A DNA stretch of 38,026 nucleotides from Bacillales bacterium UBA660 (GCA_002299475.1 DBNY01000043.1:1-38026), one strand, 5' to 3'; positions 1 through 9,430 are shown, counted from the first letter of the stretch. A program made the numbers and translations. Notes: generated by a model not told the origin, from the sequence alone.

Positions 1-70
1 AATAGTATTAGTTTCTATAATTATAATCATATATTGCTGAATTATAAAAAATTAATATTTAAGTAAAATG

Positions 71-120
71 AAACCTATAATAGGATGATAAATATAATGT
101 CGTCTCTTATAGGTTTTTTT
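71..120 (+). terminator. Possible rho-independent terminator of a gene lying upstream of the window
   Basis: A 10-bp inverted repeat, aaacctataa (71-80) / ttataggttt (107-116), runs into a T-tract ending at 120. The loop is unusually long (26 nt), so the call is weak. Confidence 0.25.
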
Positions 121-276
121 ATAATTAATTATTGTTTTTGTTTGAAATCTATTCTTTTAAATATATATATTAGATACTGTAAAGGTCAATATAAAACTGT
201 AGATTTTGCTCAAAACAACACGAATAGTTAGTCACCTTAAATGGCTAATTTTTATTTTATTTTGCCGAAATTATCA

Positions 277-305
277 TTGTTAATGGCGATATTATATGTT
301 ATAAT
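277..305 (+). promoter_or_regulatory. Candidate sigma-A promoter for the T4SS operon
   Basis: The -35-like TTGTTA (277-282) is followed by a 17-nt spacer and an extended -10 TGtTATAAT (297-305). It lies about 50 nt upstream of the first T4SS gene. Confidence 0.35.
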
Positions 306-356
306 TCATTATGTAAAGTTATATTCAATTTATTGTATTTTTAGGAGTGTGTTAAA

Positions 357-725
357 ATGAAGAGACAATATTTATTGGGAATTGTTATTATGATATCCAT
401 ATTTTTCTTTATTAATAACAATATATATGCCTACTACATATTAAATCAAACTGAATGTGAAGGCCTTTTGTCGGAAGAATTGATGGTTTTTATGAATGGA
501 ATATTTAATTATATAAAAATATTGGTTCCCATATTTTTGTTGGTGATGGGGTCCCTAGATTTAGGAAAGGCGGTAATCGCCGCTGATGAAAATGAGATGA
601 AAAAGGCTCAAGCAACCTTGGTTAAGAGAGTAATCGCAGGTATTGCTATTTATTTTTTCCCAGCAGTACTAAATGTAGTATTAAGAGCTGCTGGCATTGT
701 GGCCGGCACTTGTGGTATTCAGTAA
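357..725 (+). CDS. Small VirB2/TrbC-like (pilin-like) conjugal transfer membrane protein
   Basis: The 122-aa ORF has RBS AGGAG 9 nt upstream. It has an N-terminal signal or TM segment (IVIMISIFFFINNNIYA), then two hydrophobic helices separated by a charged loop (AADENEMKKAQATLVKR), which is the hairpin topology of VirB2-type pilins. It is the first gene of a T4SS operon. Confidence 0.55.
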   Translation: MKRQYLLGIVIMISIFFFINNNIYAYYILNQTECEGLLSEELMVFMNGIFNYIKILVPIFLLVMGSLDLGKAVIAADENEMKKAQATLVKRVIAGIAIYFFPAVLNVVLRAAGIVAGTCGIQ

Positions 726-752
726 ACAAAAATTGAGGGGAGTTTTTGATAT

Positions 753-3479
753 ATGATAAGAAATGCAATTAGAGAATTATTTTTTTCAATAGATAGAATA
801 ATTTATACATGGATTGGATTTGTCTATGATTTTTTAATGGACCTTGCTAGCATGAGAATTTTAACTGGCGTAGACTATGAAGCATTTGAAAATAATATTT
901 ACATGTTAATTGGTATTATAATGTTATTTAAAATAGCATTTGTATTAGTTGCTATAATGGCTAATCCTGAAAGATCTTTTAATTCTAAAGAGGGAGGAAC
1001 GGCTCAGTTATTAATTCCAAGATTAATTACTACTTTAATGTTACTTTTATTAGTTAATTTTGTCTTTGACCAAATGGGTGAATTTCAAAGTATTGTTTTA
1101 AGAAACAATGTTATTCCTAGGATTATGGATGTTGTTAGAGGTAATAATGGTGAGGATAGGCAAGTTCAGTTAAAAGCGGAACGATGTGCCATGAGATTTG
1201 TTTCGCGGACTCCTAATGTAAAATATAGATGTAGTACACACAATGTTTCTGGTGAGGGAATCAATCCGTTTACATGCCCAGGGGATCGTTCACCATTTTT
1301 TGGCATTAGTTCTTATCCTGTTACAGTAAGTAACTGGGGCGGAGACGTTGATGTGATAGCTAATTTAACTGAGGATGCAACAAGATTTGAAATTGTTGTA
1401 GATCTAAGTAACCATACTGTGTACTTTTTTAACTCACCTTTAAGCAAATATGCTAATATGAACCCATATGAACATTGGCGATTAAAAGGGGTTGTTACAA
1501 TTGACAAGAGTGCTCGTGATTTTGGTGGCTCAAAAGTATGTAGAGATTATGCATATATCAAAATTGGTAGTATTCCTCCTCATAGTAATAAAGAAGATTT
1601 TACTTATGATATTACTTTTTCCGACACCCTTCCAACAAATTTATCAGACGATATGTTTAGTTTAGTTAAAGTGGCAGGCAAGAGTGAATTTGTTTTAACA
1701 GAAGAATATACAGTGACTTCTGGGATAGAATTTGCCAGTAGTATATTTTTCAAATTTGCCTCTCCACATGAAGGGGCATCGAGCAATATTAAGGAAATAC
1801 ATGAGGAAGCAGCCAAAAATGCTAATTATGATCAATTAGCTACCATTCTTACTAGGAGAGAAAAAATTACCGAAGGAAATTATAGTTCATCTATTTATGC
1901 TCTCGTATACTATTTTTTTATAAGTACAGTATTTGGAATTGCCGTATTGTTTTTCTTGGTTTCCTCTTGTATCGATATTGGATTACGCGCAATCGCTCTT
2001 GGTTTTTTGCAAATAATAGCACCGATACCGATTGCTACATACATTGAACATGGAAACACTCCGGGCAAACCATTTAATGAATATCTTAAAATTACTTTAG
2101 GATTATATGCTGACTTATTTATTAGAATAGTAGCAATATCATTTGCTACATATATTATTTCGCTTGTTTTATCAATGAATACTGATGAATTATTGGCTGG
2201 CAATCCTCAATTGGGAGATGTTACAGATAATTATCGTTTTCTGTTATTTCTTTGCTTAATTCTTGGCACATTATTATTTATGAAAAAATTGCCTGAAATA
2301 ATAATTCAGATGTTTGGTATAAACACCAAGGGTGGATTAACGAGTTTTGAAATGAATCCGTTTAAAAGGTTGAACGATGTTCCTCTTGTTGGGACAGGAA
2401 TGGGCTTAGCTTTAGGGGCGGCATCTGGATTAGCATCTGGCATGTTTGCTGGCGGAGCTTTATCGAGACAATGGGGTGCGGCAGCTTTTAATGCAACGGG
2501 TGGTGGTGTTTTTGCAGCATCGGTTGCTGGCGTAGCAGCTCATGCGTATTCAGGCGCGAAAGGCGCATTTAGAGGAGCGGCACACGGATGGAATACTTCT
2601 CCGTCTCTTTTGGGGGGAGTAGGAACAACGGCTCAACACACAACACAACATTATGATGCAAACGGGGGTCTGCTATCTGAAAGTACGACACCAGCTATTT
2701 TTGGTAGCACAACAGGTGTAAACCCTATTGGGGCAGCACAAACATATATAATGGGAAGAAAACTATCGAGCAATCCTGGTTCAACAAGCGTTCCAAGACC
2801 AACGAATATTCCAGGACCAACGAATGTTCCAGGATCAACGAATGTTCCAGGATCAACGAATATTCCAGGACCAACGAATGTTCCAGGACCAACGAATGTT
2901 CCAGGACCAACACCTAATGTGGGGACGGTTACTTACGGCACTTCAGATAATTTTCAACAAAGAATAGATCAAAATCTTGGAATAAGTCAAACAGCTGAGC
3001 AAGAGTTTCAGAGGGAACAGCGCAACAGAGATGCTTACGAAACATTTAGTAATCCTGATACGGATTTCCAACGCGCACTTGATCAACGGTTTGGAATAAA
3101 CCCAACAGTGGAGGAAATAACTGAAAAACAACAACGGAATAGAGATGCACACGAGACATTTAGTCAGATTGATAATAACCAAGTTAGTGAAGCATCAGGC
3201 GGATTAACTACAAGAATATTGGGCTCAGATGGAAGAGCTATAAGAGATGAAGGTAGTTCAACTACAAGAATATTAGGCTCAGATGGAAGACCTATAAGAG
3301 ATGAAGGTAGTTCAACTACAAGAATATTGGGTTCAGATGGAAGACCTATAAGAGATGAAAGTAATTCATCTCCAAGAATATTGGGTTCAGACGGAAGACC
3401 TATAGGAGATGAAAGTAGTTCATCTTCAAGAATATTGGGTTCAGATGGGAATCCAATAAGAGAAGATGACAACTTATAA
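753..3479 (+). CDS. Large polytopic VirB6/TrbL-like T4SS membrane protein with a repeat-rich C-terminal half
   Basis: The 908-aa ORF has RBS GAGGGGA at 734-740. It has N-terminal TM helices, a soluble domain of about 260 aa, and a multi-TM core (about aa 385-560, e.g. SCIDIGLRAIALGFLQIIAPIPIATYI) typical of VirB6/TrbL-type channel proteins. A Gly/Ala-rich segment and three tandem-repeat arrays follow. It sits between the pilin-like and VirB3/VirB4-like genes. Confidence 0.6.
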   Translation: MIRNAIRELFFSIDRIIYTWIGFVYDFLMDLASMRILTGVDYEAFENNIYMLIGIIMLFKIAFVLVAIMANPERSFNSKEGGTAQLLIPRLITTLMLLLLVNFVFDQMGEFQSIVLRNNVIPRIMDVVRGNNGEDRQVQLKAERCAMRFVSRTPNVKYRCSTHNVSGEGINPFTCPGDRSPFFGISSYPVTVSNWGGDVDVIANLTEDATRFEIVVDLSNHTVYFFNSPLSKYANMNPYEHWRLKGVVTIDKSARDFGGSKVCRDYAYIKIGSIPPHSNKEDFTYDITFSDTLPTNLSDDMFSLVKVAGKSEFVLTEEYTVTSGIEFASSIFFKFASPHEGASSNIKEIHEEAAKNANYDQLATILTRREKITEGNYSSSIYALVYYFFISTVFGIAVLFFLVSSCIDIGLRAIALGFLQIIAPIPIATYIEHGNTPGKPFNEYLKITLGLYADLFIRIVAISFATYIISLVLSMNTDELLAGNPQLGDVTDNYRFLLFLCLILGTLLFMKKLPEIIIQMFGINTKGGLTSFEMNPFKRLNDVPLVGTGMGLALGAASGLASGMFAGGALSRQWGAAAFNATGGGVFAASVAGVAAHAYSGAKGAFRGAAHGWNTSPSLLGGVGTTAQHTTQHYDANGGLLSESTTPAIFGSTTGVNPIGAAQTYIMGRKLSSNPGSTSVPRPTNIPGPTNVPGSTNVPGSTNIPGPTNVPGPTNVPGPTPNVGTVTYGTSDNFQQRIDQNLGISQTAEQEFQREQRNRDAYETFSNPDTDFQRALDQRFGINPTVEEITEKQQRNRDAHETFSQIDNNQVSEASGGLTTRILGSDGRAIRDEGSSTTRILGSDGRPIRDEGSSTTRILGSDGRPIRDESNSSPRILGSDGRPIGDESSSSSRILGSDGNPIREDDNL
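2775..2921 (+). repeat. In-frame 18-nt tandem repeat (about 8 copies) encoding P-G-(P/S)-T-N-(V/I) hexapeptides
   Basis: The unit ccaggaccaacgaatgtt and close variants are repeated head to tail. The translation is PGSTSV PRPTNI PGPTNV PGSTNV PGSTNI PGPTNV PGPTNV PGPTPNV. Confidence 0.9.
3207..3476 (+). repeat. In-frame 54-nt tandem repeat (5 copies) encoding an 18-aa unit TTRILGSDGRPIRDEGSS at the C-terminus of the VirB6-like protein
   Basis: Five contiguous near-identical 54-nt units run up to the stop codon. The copies diverge slightly (RAIRDEGSS, RPIRDEGSS, RPIRDESNS, RPIGDESSS, NPIREDDNL). Confidence 0.92.
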
Positions 3480-3534
3480 GAAGCAATAATTATTATTTAG
3501 TATAATAAAAAAAATAAAAAAAATAAAAAAGGGT

Positions 3535-3861
3535 GTGATACTATTGGACAAAAATAATACTTATTTAATTCCTGCTAATTCTAAAAAAGGGGTACTAATA
3601 TTTAACGCATTTACAACAACTGATTTGATAATATTAGGAGTGGGCGTATTTATTACCATGGTTTGGGTTGTAACATTCCCCCCTACTGAATTGTTGCCTA
3701 CTATTTTGGCTTTGCTACCAGCACTAATTACGGGTTTGTTAGTAACTCCAGTACCGAATTATCACAATGTATTAGTTGTTTTAATTGAGGCAGCAAATTA
3801 TTATACTCAAAGACAAAATTATTTATGGAAGGGGTGGCTATTTTATGATGAATCTCAATAA
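3535..3861 (+). CDS. PrgI/VirB3-like small T4SS membrane protein
   Basis: The 108-aa ORF has two central TM helices (LIILGVGVFITMVWVV; LLPTILALLPALITGLLV) and lies immediately before, and overlaps, the VirB4 gene, as in the Gram-positive PrgI-PrgJ arrangement. The start is uncertain: GTG at 3535 or TTG at 3544. Confidence 0.6.
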   Translation: MILLDKNNTYLIPANSKKGVLIFNAFTTTDLIILGVGVFITMVWVVTFPPTELLPTILALLPALITGLLVTPVPNYHNVLVVLIEAANYYTQRQNYLWKGWLFYDESQ

Positions 3862-4405
3862 GAAAAAGAATACTTCAAAGTATACCGAAGATTGGGTTAA
3901 TGTTGAATCTATAAGTAATGGTACGATTCATTTGTCTAATCGAGAAATGGTTACAGGCGTTAAAATAATGCCTAGAAATATTTTCATACTAGACCAAGAC
4001 TCACAACAGAATGTATTAGCTAATCTAAAGAATTTTTATAATATGATAGATTTTGAATTTTGGATTATTGTTGCCGATAGACCGGTTGATGTAACGCTGT
4101 ATTTATCACAGTTGCAATTGCTCTATAACAATACACAAAGTCCAACAGTTAGAAAAATGATTAATCAAGATATTCAGAAGGCTAATATGTTTGCTAATAA
4201 CAATGTGGCAGATACTGAATATTATCTGTTATTTAAAGAAAAAAATATTGATATTGTTCAAAAAAGGATTCGTTTGTTAATAAATGGGTTAGCTGCTACT
4301 GGTCTTAACGCGACACAAACTAATAATGATGATTTAAGAACTATAATAGACAATTTTCTAGGTGGGGGCAAAACAACTAATTTTGGGACGGTGATGCCTA
4401 TATGA
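3845..4405 (+). CDS. VirB4-family ATPase, N-terminal domain encoded as a separate ORF
   Basis: The start was trimmed to ATG 3845, with RBS AAGGGGTGG 8 nt upstream. The sequence (YTEDWVNVESISNGTIHLSNREMVTGVKIMPRNIFILDQDSQ...FWIIVADRPVDVTLYL) matches the N-terminal region of Gram-positive VirB4/TcpF/PrgJ-type ATPases. It ends at a TGA that overlaps the ATG of the next ORF (ATGA at 4402-4405). Confidence 0.7.
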   Translation: MMNLNKKKNTSKYTEDWVNVESISNGTIHLSNREMVTGVKIMPRNIFILDQDSQQNVLANLKNFYNMIDFEFWIIVADRPVDVTLYLSQLQLLYNNTQSPTVRKMINQDIQKANMFANNNVADTEYYLLFKEKNIDIVQKRIRLLINGLAATGLNATQTNNDDLRTIIDNFLGGGKTTNFGTVMPI

Positions 4406-6189
4406 AATTTAAATCGCAAATAGCTCCTAAGGGATTGAGTTTTTACCCTAGTGACTTTTTTATAAGCGATAAGTATGCTACTATATTGTCGGTAGTTTCA
4501 TATCCTAAACTTATTACTGCCGGTTATTTATCATCATTAACAAATATGCCAGGTATAAAAATAGTTATTAAACATATTCCAATGCCTTTTAGTATGATTT
4601 CTAAAATGTTGAATAAACAAATATCTGATCTAAAAGCGAGGTATCAACAAGAAAAAGATAGAACCATTCAAGAAAGAATTCGACAAGATGTTGAATCGCT
4701 CGAGTATTTTATTTCAATGCTAACAGCAAGTCAAGCACGAATATTTGATTTTCAAATGCATGTTATGATTACTGCTGATACTAAAGAAGATTTGGAAATG
4801 AAAAAAGTTAATGTTAAAAATTACTTGGATGCAATGGAATTGAAGGCAATTTCACTTAGATTCGAACAAGAAAAAGTATTAAAATCAATATTGCCAATAT
4901 TTCCAAGCCAAGACATAGAAAAAAGAATTGGGACTCCAATTCCATCTGTTACTATGGCCGCAATGTATCCTTTTATATTTGATAGTGTTAAGGATGAGGG
5001 ATTATCTACCTTATTAGGTGTTGATTTCTCTGGAGGAGTTATACTATTTAATCAATTCTTGTATCAAATTAGAAAAGAACACAATCGAAATAATGCAAAT
5101 CTTATTATTTTAGGGACTAGTGGTAGTGGTAAATCGACTACTGCTAAACTAATATTGCGTTCACATATTAGAAATGGACATCAAATAGTGGCAATTGACC
5201 CAGAAGGTGAATTTGGTGATATGGCATTAAATTTCGGTGGTGATTTTATTGACTTAGGTAAGGGTGGAGAATTTGGTATGGTTAATCCTCTTGAAGTGAC
5301 TATTGATGCTGATGAGGATGAATTAAAAGAAGGATTAGGATATACTGTTTTAACTAAAACATTACAGTTTTTGAAAGCTTTCATGAAATATTATGACCCT
5401 AGTATAACAGAAGATATATTAACTTTATTTACTGAAGTTGTTCAAGACACATATAAAAGATATAATATTGGTTTTGATACTAACTTTTCACATTTGAAGT
5501 CAACTGAATATCCAACGTTTAGGGATGTATATGCGACTATTAGAGGCAGATTAATGGCATATGGCGATAATAAATCTCATGAAAGAGAAGTAATGGAAAG
5601 ATTGGAATTAAAGGTTAGACCATTAACAAAGGAATTAAAATATTATTTTGATGGTCATACTACTATATCCCCTAAAAGTAATTTTATAGTATTTAATATT
5701 AGAGAATTAATGAATGCTGATACTAATATTAGAAATGCTTTGTTCTTTAATATTTTGAAATATGCTTGGGGGCTGTGTTTAGATAAAAGTATTAATACTG
5801 CATTAATGGTAGATGAAGCCCATGTTTTATTAAGTGGCAATAACTCTTTAGGTGCAGAATTCTTAGCTCAAGTACAAAGAAGAGCACGTAAATATAATAC
5901 AGGTACAATAATAAGCACGCAACAACCAAGTGACTTTACTGATCCATCAGTTATTACACAAGGTAAAGCGATATTTGATAATGCGTCATATTATGTAGTT
6001 ATGGGGCTTAAAAAACAAGCGGTTGATGATTTAGCAATGCTAATAGATTTGAATGAGAATGAAAAGGATAGCATTAAAAGATATAGTCAAGGAGAAGCAT
6101 TATTTGTATGTGGTAGTAGACGTATGAGAATAAAAGTGGTTGTTACGCAAGATGAGTTAGAGTCATTTGGCACTGGTGGAGGATTATAA
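4402..6189 (+). CDS. VirB4-family conjugal transfer ATPase (central and C-terminal ATPase domains)
   Basis: The ORF is 595 aa with Walker A GTSGSGKST and Walker B-like LMVDEAHVLL. The IISTQQPSDF motif is typical of VirB4/TraE/TrsE ATPases. Confidence 0.9.
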   Translation: MKFKSQIAPKGLSFYPSDFFISDKYATILSVVSYPKLITAGYLSSLTNMPGIKIVIKHIPMPFSMISKMLNKQISDLKARYQQEKDRTIQERIRQDVESLEYFISMLTASQARIFDFQMHVMITADTKEDLEMKKVNVKNYLDAMELKAISLRFEQEKVLKSILPIFPSQDIEKRIGTPIPSVTMAAMYPFIFDSVKDEGLSTLLGVDFSGGVILFNQFLYQIRKEHNRNNANLIILGTSGSGKSTTAKLILRSHIRNGHQIVAIDPEGEFGDMALNFGGDFIDLGKGGEFGMVNPLEVTIDADEDELKEGLGYTVLTKTLQFLKAFMKYYDPSITEDILTLFTEVVQDTYKRYNIGFDTNFSHLKSTEYPTFRDVYATIRGRLMAYGDNKSHEREVMERLELKVRPLTKELKYYFDGHTTISPKSNFIVFNIRELMNADTNIRNALFFNILKYAWGLCLDKSINTALMVDEAHVLLSGNNSLGAEFLAQVQRRARKYNTGTIISTQQPSDFTDPSVITQGKAIFDNASYYVVMGLKKQAVDDLAMLIDLNENEKDSIKRYSQGEALFVCGSRRMRIKVVVTQDELESFGTGGGL

Positions 6190-6218
6190 TATAACGAAGT
6201 ATTTAAGTGGGTGATTAT

Positions 6219-7349
6219 ATGAATGGTATTGCCATTAAAATAATAGGTGTGGGCATTTTAACAATATTGTTTTTCCTTGCGCTTCCAATTATAATTATAA
6301 ATGATACTGCTTTTGGTGCGTTTGAATTTGCTAGGATTAATCACGCCAATCTTAGTGGTAATCTAGATGAAATTACCGACCCTATTGAAAAAGATTTTTA
6401 TGCTAGGACTTTTGAAATTAGCAAGCAAATTAAGGATAGTAGAAATATTAATGTAAATATGGCGTTATATGTTTCAACATTTATGACCATACAAAAACAT
6501 GATTTTGATTTTCTATATACTAATATAACTAATGATGAAATTATGGAATTGTTTAATAATCAATTTGTGTCAAAAGACATTTTAACTTGTACTATGACTA
6601 TTGTTGCTGATTCTGAAGATGAAACTGAAAATATTGTAACGCAAAGAGTTGAATGTACAAGTGCAAATTGTGTATGTAATCAAGGATATACTCTCCAAAA
6701 TCGTAATACAATGTTTACTTTTAGTAAAGAACAATATGAAAATTATTTAAGGGAAACCTTCTTACTAAGGGAATTATCTTCCATTGTTTTATTTGGGGAT
6801 GAGGCAACTATAAAGGAACAATTAAATAATATTATAGAAGAGATATTTACTTTATATGACAATATTATTATGGAAGGATTAGAAACGGCAGATTTAACAC
6901 ACTTTAGTTTGCCGATTTCGCCTATTGATTGTATAATTACCTCTCCTTATGGGGAAAGAATTGATCCAATATCAGGCAAAATCGCCTTTCATCATGGAAT
7001 AGATGTTGTTACCCGTCCTAAAGAGATTTATTCTGTTGCTGATGGAGTAGTTACATTTGTCAGATCAAATGTGGTTGGAAAAGATGTAACTAAGGGCGGA
7101 GGCAACATAATAATAATTACTCATGAAATAAATGGTATTAAATATGAAAGTGTTTATGCCCATTTAGAATATGGGTCGATTATGGTAAAAGTTGGGGATA
7201 CGGTGAGAAATCAACAAGTAATAGCAATAATGGGCACAACCGGTTATTCAACAGGAGTTCATTTGCATTTTGAAGTTAAAATAGATGATGTTAGAGTTAA
7301 TCCAGGCAGTCTTTTTGTGAATGATTGCCGTGGGTTGAGATTTAATTAA
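6219..7349 (+). CDS. Membrane-anchored M23 family metallopeptidase (probable T4SS peptidoglycan hydrolase)
   Basis: The start was trimmed to ATG 6219. It has an N-terminal TM helix. The C-terminal LytM/M23 signature is HHGIDV ... GTTGYSTGVHLHFEV. It sits between the VirB4 and T4CP genes. Confidence 0.85.
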   Translation: MNGIAIKIIGVGILTILFFLALPIIIINDTAFGAFEFARINHANLSGNLDEITDPIEKDFYARTFEISKQIKDSRNINVNMALYVSTFMTIQKHDFDFLYTNITNDEIMELFNNQFVSKDILTCTMTIVADSEDETENIVTQRVECTSANCVCNQGYTLQNRNTMFTFSKEQYENYLRETFLLRELSSIVLFGDEATIKEQLNNIIEEIFTLYDNIIMEGLETADLTHFSLPISPIDCIITSPYGERIDPISGKIAFHHGIDVVTRPKEIYSVADGVVTFVRSNVVGKDVTKGGGNIIIITHEINGIKYESVYAHLEYGSIMVKVGDTVRNQQVIAIMGTTGYSTGVHLHFEVKIDDVRVNPGSLFVNDCRGLRFN

Positions 7350-7396
7350 TTAAATATGAATTAGGTATTTTATATGATCTAATGGAGGTTATAGGT

Positions 7397-9430
7397 ATGA
7401 AATTGAAAACAGATTCTAAGGATGCACTAATATTTGTTTTGTTTTTATTATTTTTGCTATATATAGTGGCAATAGGGATATTAAATTTGTCATCATTTGC
7501 TAATGAAGGGAAAGTTCATGGCTTGGATCCTGCACTTGCTTTTTCAGAAGAGTATTTGAGAGCGACAATAACATTTTATGCTATATTTGTTGTAGTAGTT
7601 ATTGGCACGGCAAAATCATACTTCTTTGAATTTGAGAAGGGTTTTGGTTTTAGTCTTTCTAAATCATCTAAGGGTGATTCTAGATGGGCTAAAAAGGGTG
7701 AAATGAAAAAGGTATTGAAAAGAGTTTTCGGAAGCGATCACGAATTAAAAGCAGCGGGCATTCCAATAATGAGTGATGGAGAAGAAATATACGTTGATGA
7801 TGGAGAATCACATAGTTTAATTATAGGTACTACTGGTAGTGGTAAAACTAGAAGATTTGTTTTTCCTCTTATAAATATACTAGCTAAGCGTGGAGAATCA
7901 ATTATTTTAACCGATCCTAAAGGGGAACTTTATGATGAAACAGCTAGTTTTCTAATGGAAAGAGGGTATAAGATAATTGTATTAAATTTACGTAATCCTC
8001 AAAAAGGTAACGCTTGGAATCCATTACGTGCACCATATAGTTTATATAAGGGTTCAAATCCCGATAAAGCGACCGAATTACTTGATGATTTAGCAATTAA
8101 TATTCTTTATGAAGAAAAAAATACTAATGCTGACCCTTTTTGGGAAAAAACAGCGGCAGATTACTTTACAGGCTTGGCATTGGGATTATTTGAAGATGCT
8201 AAAGAAAGTGAGATTAACTTAAACAGTATAAACTTAATGACCACCATAGGTGAAAATAAATTGGGTGCCTCTACATATATCAAAGAATATTTTGAATCAA
8301 AAGATAAATCAAAGCCAGCTTATATTAATGCATCTAGTACTATACTAGCTCCAACTGAAACAAAAGCAAGTATTATTTCAGTATTTAAACAAAAAATTAG
8401 TCTGTTTTCATCAAAAGAAAACTTATCAGAAATGTTATCATATAGTGATTTTAATATTGAAGACATTGGTAAGGAAAAAACGGTTGTATTTATTATAATT
8501 CAAGATGAAAAGAAAACTTACCACCAGTTGGCAACAATATTTGTTAAACAGTGTTATGAATTATTGATTGATGTTGCTCATGATAATGGTGGCAAATTGC
8601 CAGTCAGAACTAATTTTATATTAGATGAATTTGCTAATATGCCGCCTTTAAAGGATGTTTCTACTATGATTACTGCAGCACGTAGCAGACAAATTAGATT
8701 TAATTTAATTATTCAAAACTTTGCTCAGCTTAATCAAGTATATGGCAAGGAAAATGCTGAAACAATTAAAGGTAATTGTGCTAATTTGATTTATTTATTG
8801 AGTAGTGAATTAGGGGCATTAAAGGAAATAAGTGAATTATGTGGTGAAGAAAAAACCAAAGATAAAGATGCTAAAGGGCAGAGAAAACCACTTATTTCAG
8901 TTAATGAATTACAAAGGTTAAAGATGGGCGATGTGATTGTTAACAAGCATAGAATGCATCCATTTAAAACCCATTTACCTGACATAAGCAAATATAATTT
9001 TAGCGATAAAAAACTAGAAAAATTATCAACTCCAGTGCGTGAAAAAAGAGGAATTGATTTATTTGATATAAAAGAGTTTGTTGATGAATTAAGCAAGAAA
9101 AAACGTGAGAAGTTGTTTGATATGCTTGATGAGAAAGAAGTAGAACCAAAATCTAATATGGGTTTTAATGTCGATGATTTAGTTAGAAAAATAGATGCTA
9201 AAATAGCCGAATTAGAAGAAGAGGAAAGAAAAGAAAGAGAATTAAAAAGTAGTGAATTAAATGAGATCATTAATGATGGTAATGATGATATGGAAGAAAC
9301 AATTAAAAATGAATTAAATAAATTTCATGATGATGGTCTAATCATAAATGATCATAAACGTGCTGATGAGAAAAAGAAAGATTCATCAACAGATGACCAA
9401 TTCTTTGATGATTTCTTTTCAGAAGAATAA
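7397..9430 (+). CDS. VirD4/TraG-family type IV coupling protein (T4CP)
   Basis: The start was trimmed to ATG 7397, with RBS TGGAGG 8 nt upstream. It has two N-terminal TM helices, Walker A GTTGSGKT and Walker B FILDEFANM. The C-terminal tail of about 130 aa is strongly charged and ends DDQFFDDFFSEE. Confidence 0.9.
   Translation: MKLKTDSKDALIFVLFLLFLLYIVAIGILNLSSFANEGKVHGLDPALAFSEEYLRATITFYAIFVVVVIGTAKSYFFEFEKGFGFSLSKSSKGDSRWAKKGEMKKVLKRVFGSDHELKAAGIPIMSDGEEIYVDDGESHSLIIGTTGSGKTRRFVFPLINILAKRGESIILTDPKGELYDETASFLMERGYKIIVLNLRNPQKGNAWNPLRAPYSLYKGSNPDKATELLDDLAINILYEEKNTNADPFWEKTAADYFTGLALGLFEDAKESEINLNSINLMTTIGENKLGASTYIKEYFESKDKSKPAYINASSTILAPTETKASIISVFKQKISLFSSKENLSEMLSYSDFNIEDIGKEKTVVFIIIQDEKKTYHQLATIFVKQCYELLIDVAHDNGGKLPVRTNFILDEFANMPPLKDVSTMITAARSRQIRFNLIIQNFAQLNQVYGKENAETIKGNCANLIYLLSSELGALKEISELCGEEKTKDKDAKGQRKPLISVNELQRLKMGDVIVNKHRMHPFKTHLPDISKYNFSDKKLEKLSTPVREKRGIDLFDIKEFVDELSKKKREKLFDMLDEKEVEPKSNMGFNVDDLVRKIDAKIAELEEEERKERELKSSELNEIINDGNDDMEETIKNELNKFHDDGLIINDHKRADEKKKDSSTDDQFFDDFFSEE

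Noticed and set aside
2725-3472. Antisense ORFs (2725-2913, 2943-3182, 3164-3472) with strikingly repetitive translations (LVLEHS..., SEPNIL...)
   Set aside because: They are mirror images of the in-frame tandem repeats of the 908-aa plus-strand gene. They have no RBS and lie entirely inside a well-supported CDS.
3207-3476. Regularly spaced 54-nt direct repeats that might resemble a CRISPR array
   Set aside because: The units are contiguous with no spacers. They stay in frame within a long ORF and diverge at the protein-repeat level, and no cas genes are nearby. This is a coding tandem repeat.
8791-9270. 159-aa antisense ORF inside the T4CP gene
   Set aside because: It is a Ser/Leu/Phe-rich low-complexity translation generated by the complement of the Glu/Lys-rich T4CP tail. 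It has no RBS and is fully nested in the T4CP CDS.
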